Source: Alphaproteobacteria bacterium
Lineage (GTDB): Bacteria > Pseudomonadota > Alphaproteobacteria > GCA-2731375
Length of the DNA stretch: 64,000 nt
Reading direction: 5' to 3'
NCBI GenBank assembly: GCA_965232515.1
Contig: CBDDPY010000002.1
Span: forward strand, 480,001-544,000
Every line of letters starts with the position of its first letter. The stretch's first letter is position 1. The notes beneath the pieces were generated by a model. The model ran no database searches and was not told the origin of the DNA. It saw only the letters and a list, made by a program, of their open reading frames with translations. Below, piece after piece: positions 39,217 through 48,294 of this stretch. The translations under genes were made by a program, and so were the position numbers.

Positions 39217-40599
39217 CTAGGCCGCCCCCAACCGCAAGTAATTGATCAGGTCGACCTTGGTGATCAGCCCGAGAAACTCATCGCCGTCGACGACGATTGC
39301 CACCAGGTCGGCGCGGAAGATCGGCAGCAGCGCGTCGATCGGCGCGGTCGGCGCGATTACCTCCAGCTTCGCGGTCATCGAGTCCGCCACTGGCGCGCCG
39401 AACCGTTCCGGATGGTGGAAGGTCGCCAGCAGCAGGTCCGACTCGTCGATGATGCCGACGATGCGCCCGTCGTCCAGCACCGGCAGCTGCGACACGTCGT
39501 AGAGGCGCATGCGCGTATAGGCCGTGCTCAGCGGCTCCTGCGGGCCGACCGTGACCACGGCGTGGTCCGTCGCGCGGCGCATGATCAGGTCGCGCAGGTC
39601 GCCGAAGCGTTCCCGCTCGATGAAGCCCTCGGTGATCATCCAGTAGTCGTTGTACATCTTCGACAGATACTTGTTGCCGCTGTCGCAGACGAAGGTGACC
39701 ACCCGCTTTGACTCCGTCTGCTGCCGGCACCAGCGCAAGGCGGCCGTAATCAACGTGCCGGACGACGAGCCGGCGAGGATGCCTTCCAGCCGCAGCAGCT
39801 CGCGCGCCGTCGCCAGGGCATCCTTGTCGCTGACGACGATGGCGTCGGCCACCAGGTCGAGGTCAAGGTTCGGCGGCACGAAATCCTCGCCGATACCTTC
39901 CACGACCCAGGATCCGACGTCGGTCGGCATGGTGCCGGTCTTCACCGTCTCGGCCAGCACCGAGCCCTCGGGATCCGCCAGGATCATCCGCACATCAGGC
40001 GCCACGGATTTGAAGAACCGGCCGAGGCCGCTGATCGTGCCGCCCGAGCCGACACCGCAAACGACGGCGTCGACGTTTTCGTCCATCTGCCGCCAGATCT
40101 CCGGCCCGGTGCCGGTCTCGTGCGCCTTCGGGTTGGCCGGGTTCGAGAACTGGTCGACCCAGAGGGCGTTCGGGATTTCGCGCTGCAGCCGTTCGGCCAT
40201 GTCCTGGTAATAGTCCGGGTGCCCCTTGCCCACGTCGGAGCGCGTCAACACCACCTCGGCGCCGAGCGCGCGCAGGTGATAGATCTTCTCCTGGCTCATC
40301 TTGTCCGGCACGATCAGCACCAGCCGATAGCCCTTCTGCGCCGCGACCAGCGCCAGGCCCAGGCCCGTATTGCCCGCCGTCGCCTCGATCAGCGTCCCGC
40401 CAGGCTGGATCCTGCCCTCGGCTTCCGCCGCCTCGATCATCGACAGGCCGATCCGGTCCTTGATCGAGCCGCCCGGGTTCTGGTTTTCCAGCTTCACGAA
40501 CAGCTGGCACGGGCCGGTGTCGAACTTGGTCAGCTCCAGCATCGGCGTATTGCCGATCATCTCCAGCACCGAGCGTTTCGGCATCGTCATCTCAGCCAT
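39217..40599 (-). CDS. Cystathionine beta-synthase (PLP domain plus C-terminal CBS pair)
   Basis: IGNTP, NPGGSIKDR, EATAGNTG, GSGGT, EGIG, DSGNKYLSKMYND, CBS domains. Confidence 0.92.
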   Translation of the reverse strand: MAEMTMPKRSVLEMIGNTPMLELTKFDTGPCQLFVKLENQNPGGSIKDRIGLSMIEAAEAEGRIQPGGTLIEATAGNTGLGLALVAAQKGYRLVLIVPDKMSQEKIYHLRALGAEVVLTRSDVGKGHPDYYQDMAERLQREIPNALWVDQFSNPANPKAHETGTGPEIWRQMDENVDAVVCGVGSGGTISGLGRFFKSVAPDVRMILADPEGSVLAETVKTGTMPTDVGSWVVEGIGEDFVPPNLDLDLVADAIVVSDKDALATARELLRLEGILAGSSSGTLITAALRWCRQQTESKRVVTFVCDSGNKYLSKMYNDYWMITEGFIERERFGDLRDLIMRRATDHAVVTVGPQEPLSTAYTRMRLYDVSQLPVLDDGRIVGIIDESDLLLATFHHPERFGAPVADSMTAKLEVIAPTAPIDALLPIFRADLVAIVVDGDEFLGLITKVDLINYLRLGAA

Positions 40600-40636
40600 C
40601 TATCCCTCGTTCCCGGCTCCCGCAAGAAAACGCCGA

Positions 40637-40743
40637 CATGCTTCGAGACGCGGTCCTGCGGACCGCTCCTCAGCATGAGGTCATTACCCGCCGCCAACGC
40701 CGGCCTCACCCTGAGGAGCGCCGATGGCGCGTCTCGAAGGGTG
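40637..40743. repeat. REP-like inverted repeat pair, family C
   Basis: CTTCGAGACGC...GCTCCTCAGCATGAGG and CCTCACCCTGAGGAGCG...GCGTCTCGAAG. Confidence 0.75.
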
Positions 40744-40784
40744 CATTTCAGCCTAACGACAACCATTCGGACTCGATAGCCACC

Positions 40785-41171
40785 TCACCGGCGGCGGCTG
40801 ATCTCGATGCCGAGGTTGCTGACGTCATCGAAGATATCGGGTTTCTCGACCCGGACTTGAAGCGCCTCGACCTTGTCCTGGCGCAGACAGAATTCGGCGA
40901 TCATCTCGGCGAAGGTCTCCAGCAGGTGGATGTGCTCGCCGTTCGCCAGTGCCCGGATGCCTTCCAGCACCGCCTCGTAGTCGACGACGCCGCCCATGCG
41001 GTCCTCGCCGTCGTCGCCCCCGCGCCGCACCCACAGCGTCAGGCTGACCCGCACGCGCTGCGGCCGGTTGCGCTCGAAGGCATGCACGCCGATGCTGCAG
41101 GGCAGCTCCAGGTCGTGAATGAACAGCTTGTAGAGGCCCTGAGCCTGCGGATCGTCCATCTGGCCGGTCAT
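40785..41171 (-). CDS. folB: Dihydroneopterin aldolase
   Basis: IGVHAFER..PQRV, VDYE, HIHLLETFAE, VRVEKP. Confidence 0.88.
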   Translation of the reverse strand: MTGQMDDPQAQGLYKLFIHDLELPCSIGVHAFERNRPQRVRVSLTLWVRRGGDDGEDRMGGVVDYEAVLEGIRALANGEHIHLLETFAEMIAEFCLRQDKVEALQVRVEKPDIFDDVSNLGIEISRRR

Positions 41172-41457
41172 GTCGGAAAGCGGATCCGCAACCTATCACG
41201 CGCGCGCCCGCTTGCAACCGGCGACGACAGCGCTGATCTAGTGACGTAATTGCCGCCATCCGATGGCTTGATCCGTTCGTACTACCTTGGAGGAAACAGC
41301 CGCGATGATCCTGCATGCCCGTGTCGGGCACGGGCATGACGAAGGCGGGCGTCGTCTCGCCAATTCGTCATTGCCGGGCGCGAAGAGAACGAACGCAAGG
41401 TTGTTCGTGATGTGTGGCGGACTGTTAGACTGATTGGCAAGTAAGGGAGCAGCGGAG

Positions 41458-41847
41458 ATGACGACGCGCGGGGCGAAACAGATGCTGGCCGAGGCGAATG
41501 CGGCCGTGGAAACGATCGATGTCGAGACGGCGAAGGCCATGCACGGCGGCAACGGCAACGTCTTCGTCGATGTGCGCGAGGCCATCGAGCGCCAGCAGAC
41601 CGGGTCGGTCGCCGGCGCCATGCATGTTTCACGCGGCTTCCTCGAGTTCCAGGCCGATCCCGACATGCCGGGCTTCAATCCGGTCTTTGGCGAGGCTGCC
41701 CGGCTCGTGCTCTACTGCGCGTCTGGCGGCCGTTCGGCCTTGGCCGCCAAGACCTTGAAGGACATGGGCTACGACAATGTCTGCCACGTCGCCGGCGGCT
41801 TCAACGGCTGGCTGGAGGCGCGCGGTCCGGTCGAAGAGGCGAATTGA
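41458..41847 (+). CDS. Rhodanese-like sulfurtransferase
   Basis: FVDVRE, RGFLEF, LYCASGGRS, GGFNGW. Confidence 0.9.
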   Translation: MTTRGAKQMLAEANAAVETIDVETAKAMHGGNGNVFVDVREAIERQQTGSVAGAMHVSRGFLEFQADPDMPGFNPVFGEAARLVLYCASGGRSALAAKTLKDMGYDNVCHVAGGFNGWLEARGPVEEAN

Positions 41848-41855
41848 GGGAGAAC

Positions 41856-42401
41856 ATGACCGAACAACCGCAACAGGCCATGGTGCCGATCCATGGCCTG
41901 CATCATTTCGCCTATCGCTGCCGCGACGCGGAGGAGACGCGGGCCTTCTACGAGGATCTGCTGGGCCTGCCGCTGGCGCATGTGATCACGGCGGACCATG
42001 TGCCGTCGACCGGCGAGTACTGCCCCTACTGTCATATCTTCTTCCAGATGACGGACGGCTCGTACGTGGCTTTCTTCGACCTCGGCGACGGCACGGCGAC
42101 GGTGCCGGACCCCGAGACGCCGGGCTGGGTCAACCACCTGGCGCTCGAGGTCGACAACGAGGACAAGCTGCTGGCCGCCAAGGCCCGGCTCGAGGCCGCC
42201 GGCGTAGAGGTGCTGGGGCCGACCGACCACCACATCATCAAGTCGATCTACTTCTTCGATCCCAACGGCATCCGCCTGGAGCTGACCTGCCAGACCGTCA
42301 GCGACGCCCACATGGACGACGCCGCCACCCGCGCGCACGCCGACCTCGCCGCCTGGTACGCCAAGCACGGCGCGCCGGCGCGGGCAAGGGGCTCGGGATG
42401 A
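41856..42401 (+). CDS. VOC/glyoxalase family protein
   Basis: LHHFAYRC, HIFF, NHLAL, SIYFFDPNGIRLE. Confidence 0.9.
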   Translation: MTEQPQQAMVPIHGLHHFAYRCRDAEETRAFYEDLLGLPLAHVITADHVPSTGEYCPYCHIFFQMTDGSYVAFFDLGDGTATVPDPETPGWVNHLALEVDNEDKLLAAKARLEAAGVEVLGPTDHHIIKSIYFFDPNGIRLELTCQTVSDAHMDDAATRAHADLAAWYAKHGAPARARGSG

Positions 42402-42417
42402 GCATTAGGTTTTGACG

Positions 42418-42485
42418 GTCATCCTGGCGAAGGCCAGGATCCATTTGCCGAATCAGCCGTGGATGCTGGCCTGCGCCAGCATGAC
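42418..42485. repeat. REP-like palindromic repeat, family B copy 2
   Basis: Matches 5624-5689. Confidence 0.8.
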
Positions 42486-42512
42486 CGAAAGTGATCAACA
42501 GGTGAGGGACAA

Positions 42513-43631
42513 ATGGGGGACCGCCAACTCGCGGTGATCGACGTGCAGCCGGGCTCGGCCATGGAGAGCCAGTCCGGCCTGCAAATGCTGCGCCCGCGCA
42601 TCTACGGCGCCTACGCGCAGCCGGCGGACGCGAAGACCGGCGTCATCGTCATCCATCCCACCAGCAACTTCATGGGCCATTACCTGATCGCGCCGCTGGC
42701 GGCGCGCGGCATCTGCTGCCTCGGCCTGAACACGCGCTATCAGAACAACGACACCATGCTGCTGATGGAGCGCGCGATCCAGGACCTGGGCGCCGGCGTC
42801 AAGTTCCTGCGCGGCCTTGGCTGCGAGCGCGTGCTGCTGGTCGGCAATTCCGGCGGCGCCGCATTGATCTCTTTCTATCAGGCCCAGGCCGAGAACCTGA
42901 CCGTCACGAGCACGCCGGCCGGCGACCCGGTCGATATCGTCGCGTCCGACCTGCCGCCCGCCGACGGCATTATCCTCGCGGCGGCGCATCCCGGCCGCAG
43001 CCGTATCCTCCGCGAATACCTCGACGCGTCCGTGATCGCCGAAGACGATCCCGTCAGCGCCGATCCCGCGCTCGACATCTACAACCCAGAGAACGGCCCG
43101 CGCTTCGCGCCGGATTTTCTCGCCCGGTACACGGGCGCGCAACAGGCGCGCGCCGCCCGGATCGACGCCTGGGTCGAAGGCCGTTTGCGCTTCCTCGCCG
43201 CGCGCCCAGACGGCCCGCGCGACCAGGCCTTCGTCGTCTACCGCACGCTCGCCGACCCGCGCTTCCTGGACTTGAGCCTGGACGCCAACGACCGCCCGCC
43301 CGGCTCGATCTGGGGCCCGCCGCGCGACGTCAACTACGCCGCCAACTCCATGGGCCGCTTCACGACGCTCAAGGCCTACATGAGCCAATGGTCCGCCAAA
43401 TCCCAGGCCGACGGCCCCGACAACCTCGCCAAGACGAACGTGCCGGTCCTGCTGCTCCGCTACACCGCCGACGGCGCCACCTTCCCCAGCCACAACCAGC
43501 TCTGGGCCAACGCCGCCGGCGCCCGCGCCGAGATCCACGACGTCAAACACGCCAACCATTACCTAAAAGATCAGCCGGAACTGGTCGAAGAGGTGGCGGA
43601 CCGAATCGCGGCCTGGGCGGAACGGATTTAG
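42513..43631 (+). CDS. Alpha/beta hydrolase
   Basis: IHP, GNSGG elbow, AAHPG, C-terminal D and H (HANHY). Confidence 0.82.
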   Translation: MGDRQLAVIDVQPGSAMESQSGLQMLRPRIYGAYAQPADAKTGVIVIHPTSNFMGHYLIAPLAARGICCLGLNTRYQNNDTMLLMERAIQDLGAGVKFLRGLGCERVLLVGNSGGAALISFYQAQAENLTVTSTPAGDPVDIVASDLPPADGIILAAAHPGRSRILREYLDASVIAEDDPVSADPALDIYNPENGPRFAPDFLARYTGAQQARAARIDAWVEGRLRFLAARPDGPRDQAFVVYRTLADPRFLDLSLDANDRPPGSIWGPPRDVNYAANSMGRFTTLKAYMSQWSAKSQADGPDNLAKTNVPVLLLRYTADGATFPSHNQLWANAAGARAEIHDVKHANHYLKDQPELVEEVADRIAAWAERI

Positions 43632-43646
43632 GCGGTGCCTCCGTAT

Positions 43647-43772
43647 GCCCTCACCCCAACCCTCTCCCGCAAGCGGGAGAGGGAGCCGGCACCGCCGCGT
43701 TTTGTAAGCCCTCTCCCGCGTGCGGGAGAGGGAGGGACCCGCGCGACGCCAGTCGCGTGGGAGGGTGAGGGC
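43647..43772. repeat. MITE/REP-like element, family A copy 2
   Basis: Same terminal IR and hairpins as 39069-39193. Confidence 0.88.
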
Positions 43773-43809
43773 TGCGGCTGACTAAGCAACTACAGAACTT
43801 GATCTATCG

Positions 43810-44373
43810 TTACTCCGCCGCCTGCAGCGCCAGCATCTCCTGCACCGCGCCGTCTTCCATCTCGATCTGCAAAGCGTCGTTGAAGCGGTTGAAAAATCCA
43901 CAGAGCGCCGTCCGCAGCGTCAGTTCGACGATCTGCGCCTCGCTGAAATATTCGCGCATGCGCTCGAACATGGCATCCCGCATGCGCCCGGCGTTCTGGT
44001 CCACCTGCACCGCGTAATCGCGTACCAGCCGGTCGACCGCGTCCAGGCCCGGACAGTCGTCCGCCAGGATGTTCTCGACCGTTTCCAGCGGCAGGCCCTG
44101 GTCGACCAGCCGCGGCGTGTGGTGGGCGACGCAATACTCGCATTCGTTCAGTTTCGAGACCACGACGAGGCAGATCTCCAGATAGCGCTTGTCGACAACG
44201 GGATCGTCGGCGTTCTCCAGCAGCATGGCCATCAGGTGCCGCACCGCCGGCGGCCGGTGCGCAAAGACCTTCACCTGGTTCAGAAAAGGCCCATATTCCT
44301 CGCTGAAGCGTTGGTAGATCGGCCGGACGTCCTCCGGCACCTCATCGATCTCGATATCCCTGACGCGCGCCAT
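43810..44373 (-). CDS. AhpD/carboxymuconolactone decarboxylase family protein
   Basis: VSKLNECEYCVAHH, FNRFNDAL. Confidence 0.88.
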   Translation of the reverse strand: MARVRDIEIDEVPEDVRPIYQRFSEEYGPFLNQVKVFAHRPPAVRHLMAMLLENADDPVVDKRYLEICLVVVSKLNECEYCVAHHTPRLVDQGLPLETVENILADDCPGLDAVDRLVRDYAVQVDQNAGRMRDAMFERMREYFSEAQIVELTLRTALCGFFNRFNDALQIEMEDGAVQEMLALQAAE

Positions 44374-44523
44374 GTCGGTCTCCTGATTTGGGACCGGTTG
44401 TCAACCGGTTCTGGACAGCAGGGCGGCATTGTGGACCATAACGGCCGGCTGCCGCCAGCATCCGGCATCACACCTTCGTGGGCGGTTTGCGCTTGGCAAT
44501 CGGCCACGTTAAAAGCAGGGACC

Positions 44524-45021
44524 ATGAAGATTTTCCGTTTCCTGGGTTTCGTCACCGCCGCCGTCGCATGGGCCCATCCGGCGGCGGCCTTGTGTTCCGA
44601 TCCGCCGCAGCCCGGCGTCGACTGGCGGCGCTGCGTGCTGACCGAGCGCGATTTCTCCAACCGCGAGATGGCGGAGTCGCGGCTGCGCGACGGCCGCTTC
44701 ACGCGCTCCGACTTCACCGGCACGGACTTCACCGGTTCCGACATGCGCGGGGCAAAGTTCCTGACCTCGGTGCTGAAGGATGCGATCCTGGAGAAGACCC
44801 GGTTGAGCCGGGCCGACTTCACCAACGCCGATCTCACCGGCGCCAACCTCCGCGAGGCCGATCTGAACCGGGCCAAGTTCGACGGCGCCAATCTGCGCGG
44901 CGCGAACCTGACCGGTGCCTCGATCCGCGGCACCGACCTGTTCGGCGCCGACCTCTCGGGCGCCACCTGGATCGACGGCGCGCTGGTCTGCGCCGAGGGT
45001 TCCGTCGGCCAGTGCCGCTGA
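44524..45021 (+). CDS. Secreted pentapeptide repeat protein
   Basis: Signal peptide, ADLTGANLREADL repeats, terminal CAEGSVGQC. Confidence 0.88.
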   Translation: MKIFRFLGFVTAAVAWAHPAAALCSDPPQPGVDWRRCVLTERDFSNREMAESRLRDGRFTRSDFTGTDFTGSDMRGAKFLTSVLKDAILEKTRLSRADFTNADLTGANLREADLNRAKFDGANLRGANLTGASIRGTDLFGADLSGATWIDGALVCAEGSVGQCR

Positions 45022-45519
45022 TCAGCAGTCGGCGGGGCCGATCCGATATATGAAGTAAGACCAGTCCGCGTCGGCGGGCAGGGAAACGGCCCGCGCCGAA
45101 GTCAGTGGCAGCTCGCGGTCCGCCAGCACCACGGCGTTGATCCGCAATAGCGGCGGGAGCACGTCGGCCAGTAGCGCCGCCGTGGGCTTGTCTTTGTCCG
45201 CCTCGGATGTGCCGAAATCGGCGTGCGCCAGCACAGCGGTTTGGCCCAACTGCCGGGCGGCCGCCGGCAGCGTCTCGGCGAATTCGCCGACGAACATGTG
45301 CGCCGCGTCCGGTACCGTGTCGGCGGGCGCGTGCAGCTCGCGGTCGAAGGCGAAGATCTCGCGCTCCGGTAAGATCTCGCGCAAGAAGTCGTAGGTCCGA
45401 CCTTTGCCCAGGCCGATCTCCAGCACGATGCCCGGCGCACCGCCAATCAGCTTGGCGGCGGCCGTCAGGCAGGCCCGCTGCGTCTGCAGGCGGGCGATCA
45501 TGCGGTCGAGACGGTTCAT
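45022..45519 (-). CDS. Class I SAM-dependent methyltransferase (Methyltransf_17-like)
   Basis: RLQTQRACL, VLEIGLGKGRTYDFLRE, HADFG. Confidence 0.8.
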   Translation of the reverse strand: MNRLDRMIARLQTQRACLTAAAKLIGGAPGIVLEIGLGKGRTYDFLREILPEREIFAFDRELHAPADTVPDAAHMFVGEFAETLPAAARQLGQTAVLAHADFGTSEADKDKPTAALLADVLPPLLRINAVVLADRELPLTSARAVSLPADADWSYFIYRIGPADC

Positions 45520-45528
45520 ACCCTCCGG

Positions 45529-46548
45529 TCAGTCTGCCTCGAACGCGGCGTGATAGGCGTCGAGCGCCGGCGCGCCGCCGAGATGCACGTAGAGCACCTT
45601 CGAGCCCGGCTCGAACGCGCCCTGTTGCGCGAGGCCGATCAGCCCGGCCATGGATTTTCCTTCGTAGACCGGGTCCGTCAGCATGCCCTCGAGCCGCGCC
45701 GTGGTGCGGATCGCGGCGACGGTCAGGTCGTCCGGCACGCCGTAGGCTGGGCCGGCATAGTGCGGATCGACGATGATCTCGTCGTCCCGGACCTCGCGTT
45801 TGAGCCCGACCGTGTCGGCCGTGGCGCGCGCGATCCTGGCCACGGCGCTCCAGGTTTCGTCTGGCGCGGCCGAGGTGTCGATGCCGATCAGTCGTCGCGG
45901 ACGGTCCTGGCCGGCGAAGCCGACCACCATGCCGGCCTGGGTCGAGCCGGTGCAGGTCGCTACGACGACCGTGTCGAAAAACACCCCTAGTTCGTCCTCC
46001 TGCCGCGCCAGTTCGTCGGCGAATTCCGCATAGCCGAGGCCGCCCAGCGGATGGTCGGACGCGCCGGCCGGGATGGCGTAGGGCGTGCCGCCCGTCCGGC
46101 GCACCGCCTCCAGCGCCTCGCGCCAGGTCTGTTTTTCGGCGATGGTGAAGCCTTCGCCCTCCAGCACCGCCTCCGCGCCCATGAGGCGCGACAGCAGGAT
46201 GTTGCCGACCTTATCGTAGACCGGGTCGTCCCAGGGCGCCCAGGTCTCCTGCACCAGCCGACACTTCAGGCCCATGGCGGCGGCGACCGCCGCGACCTGC
46301 CGGGTATGGTTCGACTGCACGCCGCCGATCGAGACGAGCGTGTCGCAGCCCTTGGCGATGGCGTCCGGCACCAGCCATTCCAGCTTGCGCACCTTGTTGC
46401 CGCCATAGGCGAGCCCCGACGAGACGTCGTCGCGTTTCGCCCAGACCTCGATGCCGAGCTGCTTCGACAATCGCGGCAGGGGATGCACGGGCGAGGGGAA
46501 GAACGCCAGTTGTTGCCGCGGGAAGCGGTCTTGCAGATTGAGGGCCAT
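45529..46548 (-). CDS. acdS: 1-aminocyclopropane-1-carboxylate deaminase
   Basis: SGLAYGGNKVRKLE, GGVQSNHTR, PAGASDH, TDPVYEGKS (Glu) and HLGG (Leu) typical of AcdS. Confidence 0.88.
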   Translation of the reverse strand: MALNLQDRFPRQQLAFFPSPVHPLPRLSKQLGIEVWAKRDDVSSGLAYGGNKVRKLEWLVPDAIAKGCDTLVSIGGVQSNHTRQVAAVAAAMGLKCRLVQETWAPWDDPVYDKVGNILLSRLMGAEAVLEGEGFTIAEKQTWREALEAVRRTGGTPYAIPAGASDHPLGGLGYAEFADELARQEDELGVFFDTVVVATCTGSTQAGMVVGFAGQDRPRRLIGIDTSAAPDETWSAVARIARATADTVGLKREVRDDEIIVDPHYAGPAYGVPDDLTVAAIRTTARLEGMLTDPVYEGKSMAGLIGLAQQGAFEPGSKVLYVHLGGAPALDAYHAAFEAD

Positions 46549-46707
46549 GGTGCGGTCTCCAGATGTCGGTTTGGATGACCCGAGCCTACGGCATTCGCCT
46601 TCGAAGGTGTTTTCGAAGTCACGCATCATCTTAAAACACAAGGCTAGATCAATTGACTTCGATCAAATATTCTCCGCTGAAATTCAGAAATCTTCGAAGA
46701 ATCTTTC

Positions 46708-47172
46708 ATGCCGGATGCTCTTGACCGCATCGACCGCAAGATCCTGCGCGAGCTGCAGGCCGACGCGCGGCTCGCCAACGCCGAACTGGCCCGCCGCGTC
46801 GCGCTCAGCGCGGCCGCCTGTCACCGCCGCGTGCAGCGCCTGTTCGACGACGGCTTCATCAGCCGTACCACCGCCATCGTGGCGCCCGAGAAGATCGACC
46901 GCGGCACGCTGGTGCTGGTCGGCGTGGTGCTCGACCGCTCGACCAGCGACAGTTTCGCGGCTTTCGAGGAAGCGGCCGCGGCCTTGCCCTTCGTGCTCGA
47001 CTGTCATCTGGTCGCGGGCGATTTCGACTATTTCCTGAAGATCCGCGTCAAGGACATCGACGGCTTTAAGCGCCTGCACGGCGAGCAGCTCATCGACCTG
47101 CCGGGCGTGCGCCAGACCCGCACCTTTTTCGTCATGAAGCAGGTCAAGGACTCCGGCCCGCTCGATTTCTGA
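46708..47172 (+). CDS. acdR: Lrp/AsnC regulator divergent from acdS
   Basis: LDRIDRKILRELQ, VVLDRST..SF..FE, CHLVAGDFDYFLKIR, LHGEQL..LPGVRQTRTFF. Confidence 0.85.
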   Translation: MPDALDRIDRKILRELQADARLANAELARRVALSAAACHRRVQRLFDDGFISRTTAIVAPEKIDRGTLVLVGVVLDRSTSDSFAAFEEAAAALPFVLDCHLVAGDFDYFLKIRVKDIDGFKRLHGEQLIDLPGVRQTRTFFVMKQVKDSGPLDF

Positions 47173-47271
47173 CATCGTCCGCCGCTATGATCATGAGGCG
47201 ATGTCGGAACGATCGGTTCCGCCACTCGTATATGGCCGGGGGGCCGCGCGCTTGAGCAGGGAGGGAATGCC

Positions 47272-48126
47272 ATGGCGCACGGACTGAAACTTCTCGTCGC
47301 CGCGTTGCTGGCCGTACTGATCGCGGGGTCGGCAACGGCGCAGGAAGCCAAGCGGTCGATTACCAAGATCGCCGGCGAGGTCTACCGTTTCCAGAACAAC
47401 TTCCACTACTCGGTCTTCGCGGTGACGCCCGACGGCATCATCGCCACCGACCCGATCAACGCCGAGGCCGCGGCCTGGTTGAAGGCCGAGCTGAAATCCC
47501 GCTTCGACCAGCCGGTCCGCTATCTGATCTACAGCCACGACCACCGCGATCACATCGCCGGCGGCGAGGTCTTTGCCGACACCGCGACCGTGATCGCGCA
47601 CGAGAAGGCGAAGGAGAAGATCATCGGCGAGAAGCGCCCGACGGCGGTGCCGGACATCACCTTCACCGACGACATGACCGTCGAGCTCGGTGGCACGGTG
47701 GTCGAGCTGTCATATGTCGGCCGCAATCACTCGGACAATTCCATCGTCATGCGTTTCCCGGCCGAGAGCATCCTGTTCGCGGTCGATTTCATTCCGGTCG
47801 GCTCGATCGCCTTCCGCAACTTCCCCGACGCCTATCTCGAGGACTGGATCGAGTCGCTGGAGCGCGTCGAGCGCATGGACTTCGACATCCTGGCGCCCGG
47901 CCACGGCCCGCTCGGCGACAAGGGCAGCGTCGTCGCCTATCGCGGCTACATGGAGAACTTGCGCGAGCGGGTGCTGGCGCGCGCCCGCGAGGGCAAGTCG
48001 CTCGCCGAGATCAAGCAGGCCGTGAAGATGGAAGAGTACAAGGACTGGTTCGGTTACGACCGCTGGTTCGAGCTCAACGTCGAAGGCATGTACCGCATGG
48101 TCCAGGCGAACCGGCGAGGGAACTGA
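47272..48126 (+). CDS. Secreted MBL-fold metallo-hydrolase
   Basis: Signal peptide; SHDHRDHIAG, NHS, VD, PGHG. Confidence 0.88.
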   Translation: MAHGLKLLVAALLAVLIAGSATAQEAKRSITKIAGEVYRFQNNFHYSVFAVTPDGIIATDPINAEAAAWLKAELKSRFDQPVRYLIYSHDHRDHIAGGEVFADTATVIAHEKAKEKIIGEKRPTAVPDITFTDDMTVELGGTVVELSYVGRNHSDNSIVMRFPAESILFAVDFIPVGSIAFRNFPDAYLEDWIESLERVERMDFDILAPGHGPLGDKGSVVAYRGYMENLRERVLARAREGKSLAEIKQAVKMEEYKDWFGYDRWFELNVEGMYRMVQANRRGN

Positions 48127-48159
48127 TTGTAGGCTTTATTCTCAGGGCTACAGCTGTTT

Positions 48160-48285
48160 GCCCTCACCCCAACCCTCTCCCGCAAGCGGGAGAGGGGGCC
48201 GCGAACGCTGCGGTTTGTAACCCCTCTCCCGCTTGCGGGAGAGGGAGGGACCCACGCGACGGCAGTCGCGTGGGCGGGTGAGGGC
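48160..48285. repeat. MITE/REP-like element, family A copy 3
   Basis: Same terminal IR and hairpins as 39069-39193. Confidence 0.88.
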
Positions 48286-48294
48286 GAGCTACGG

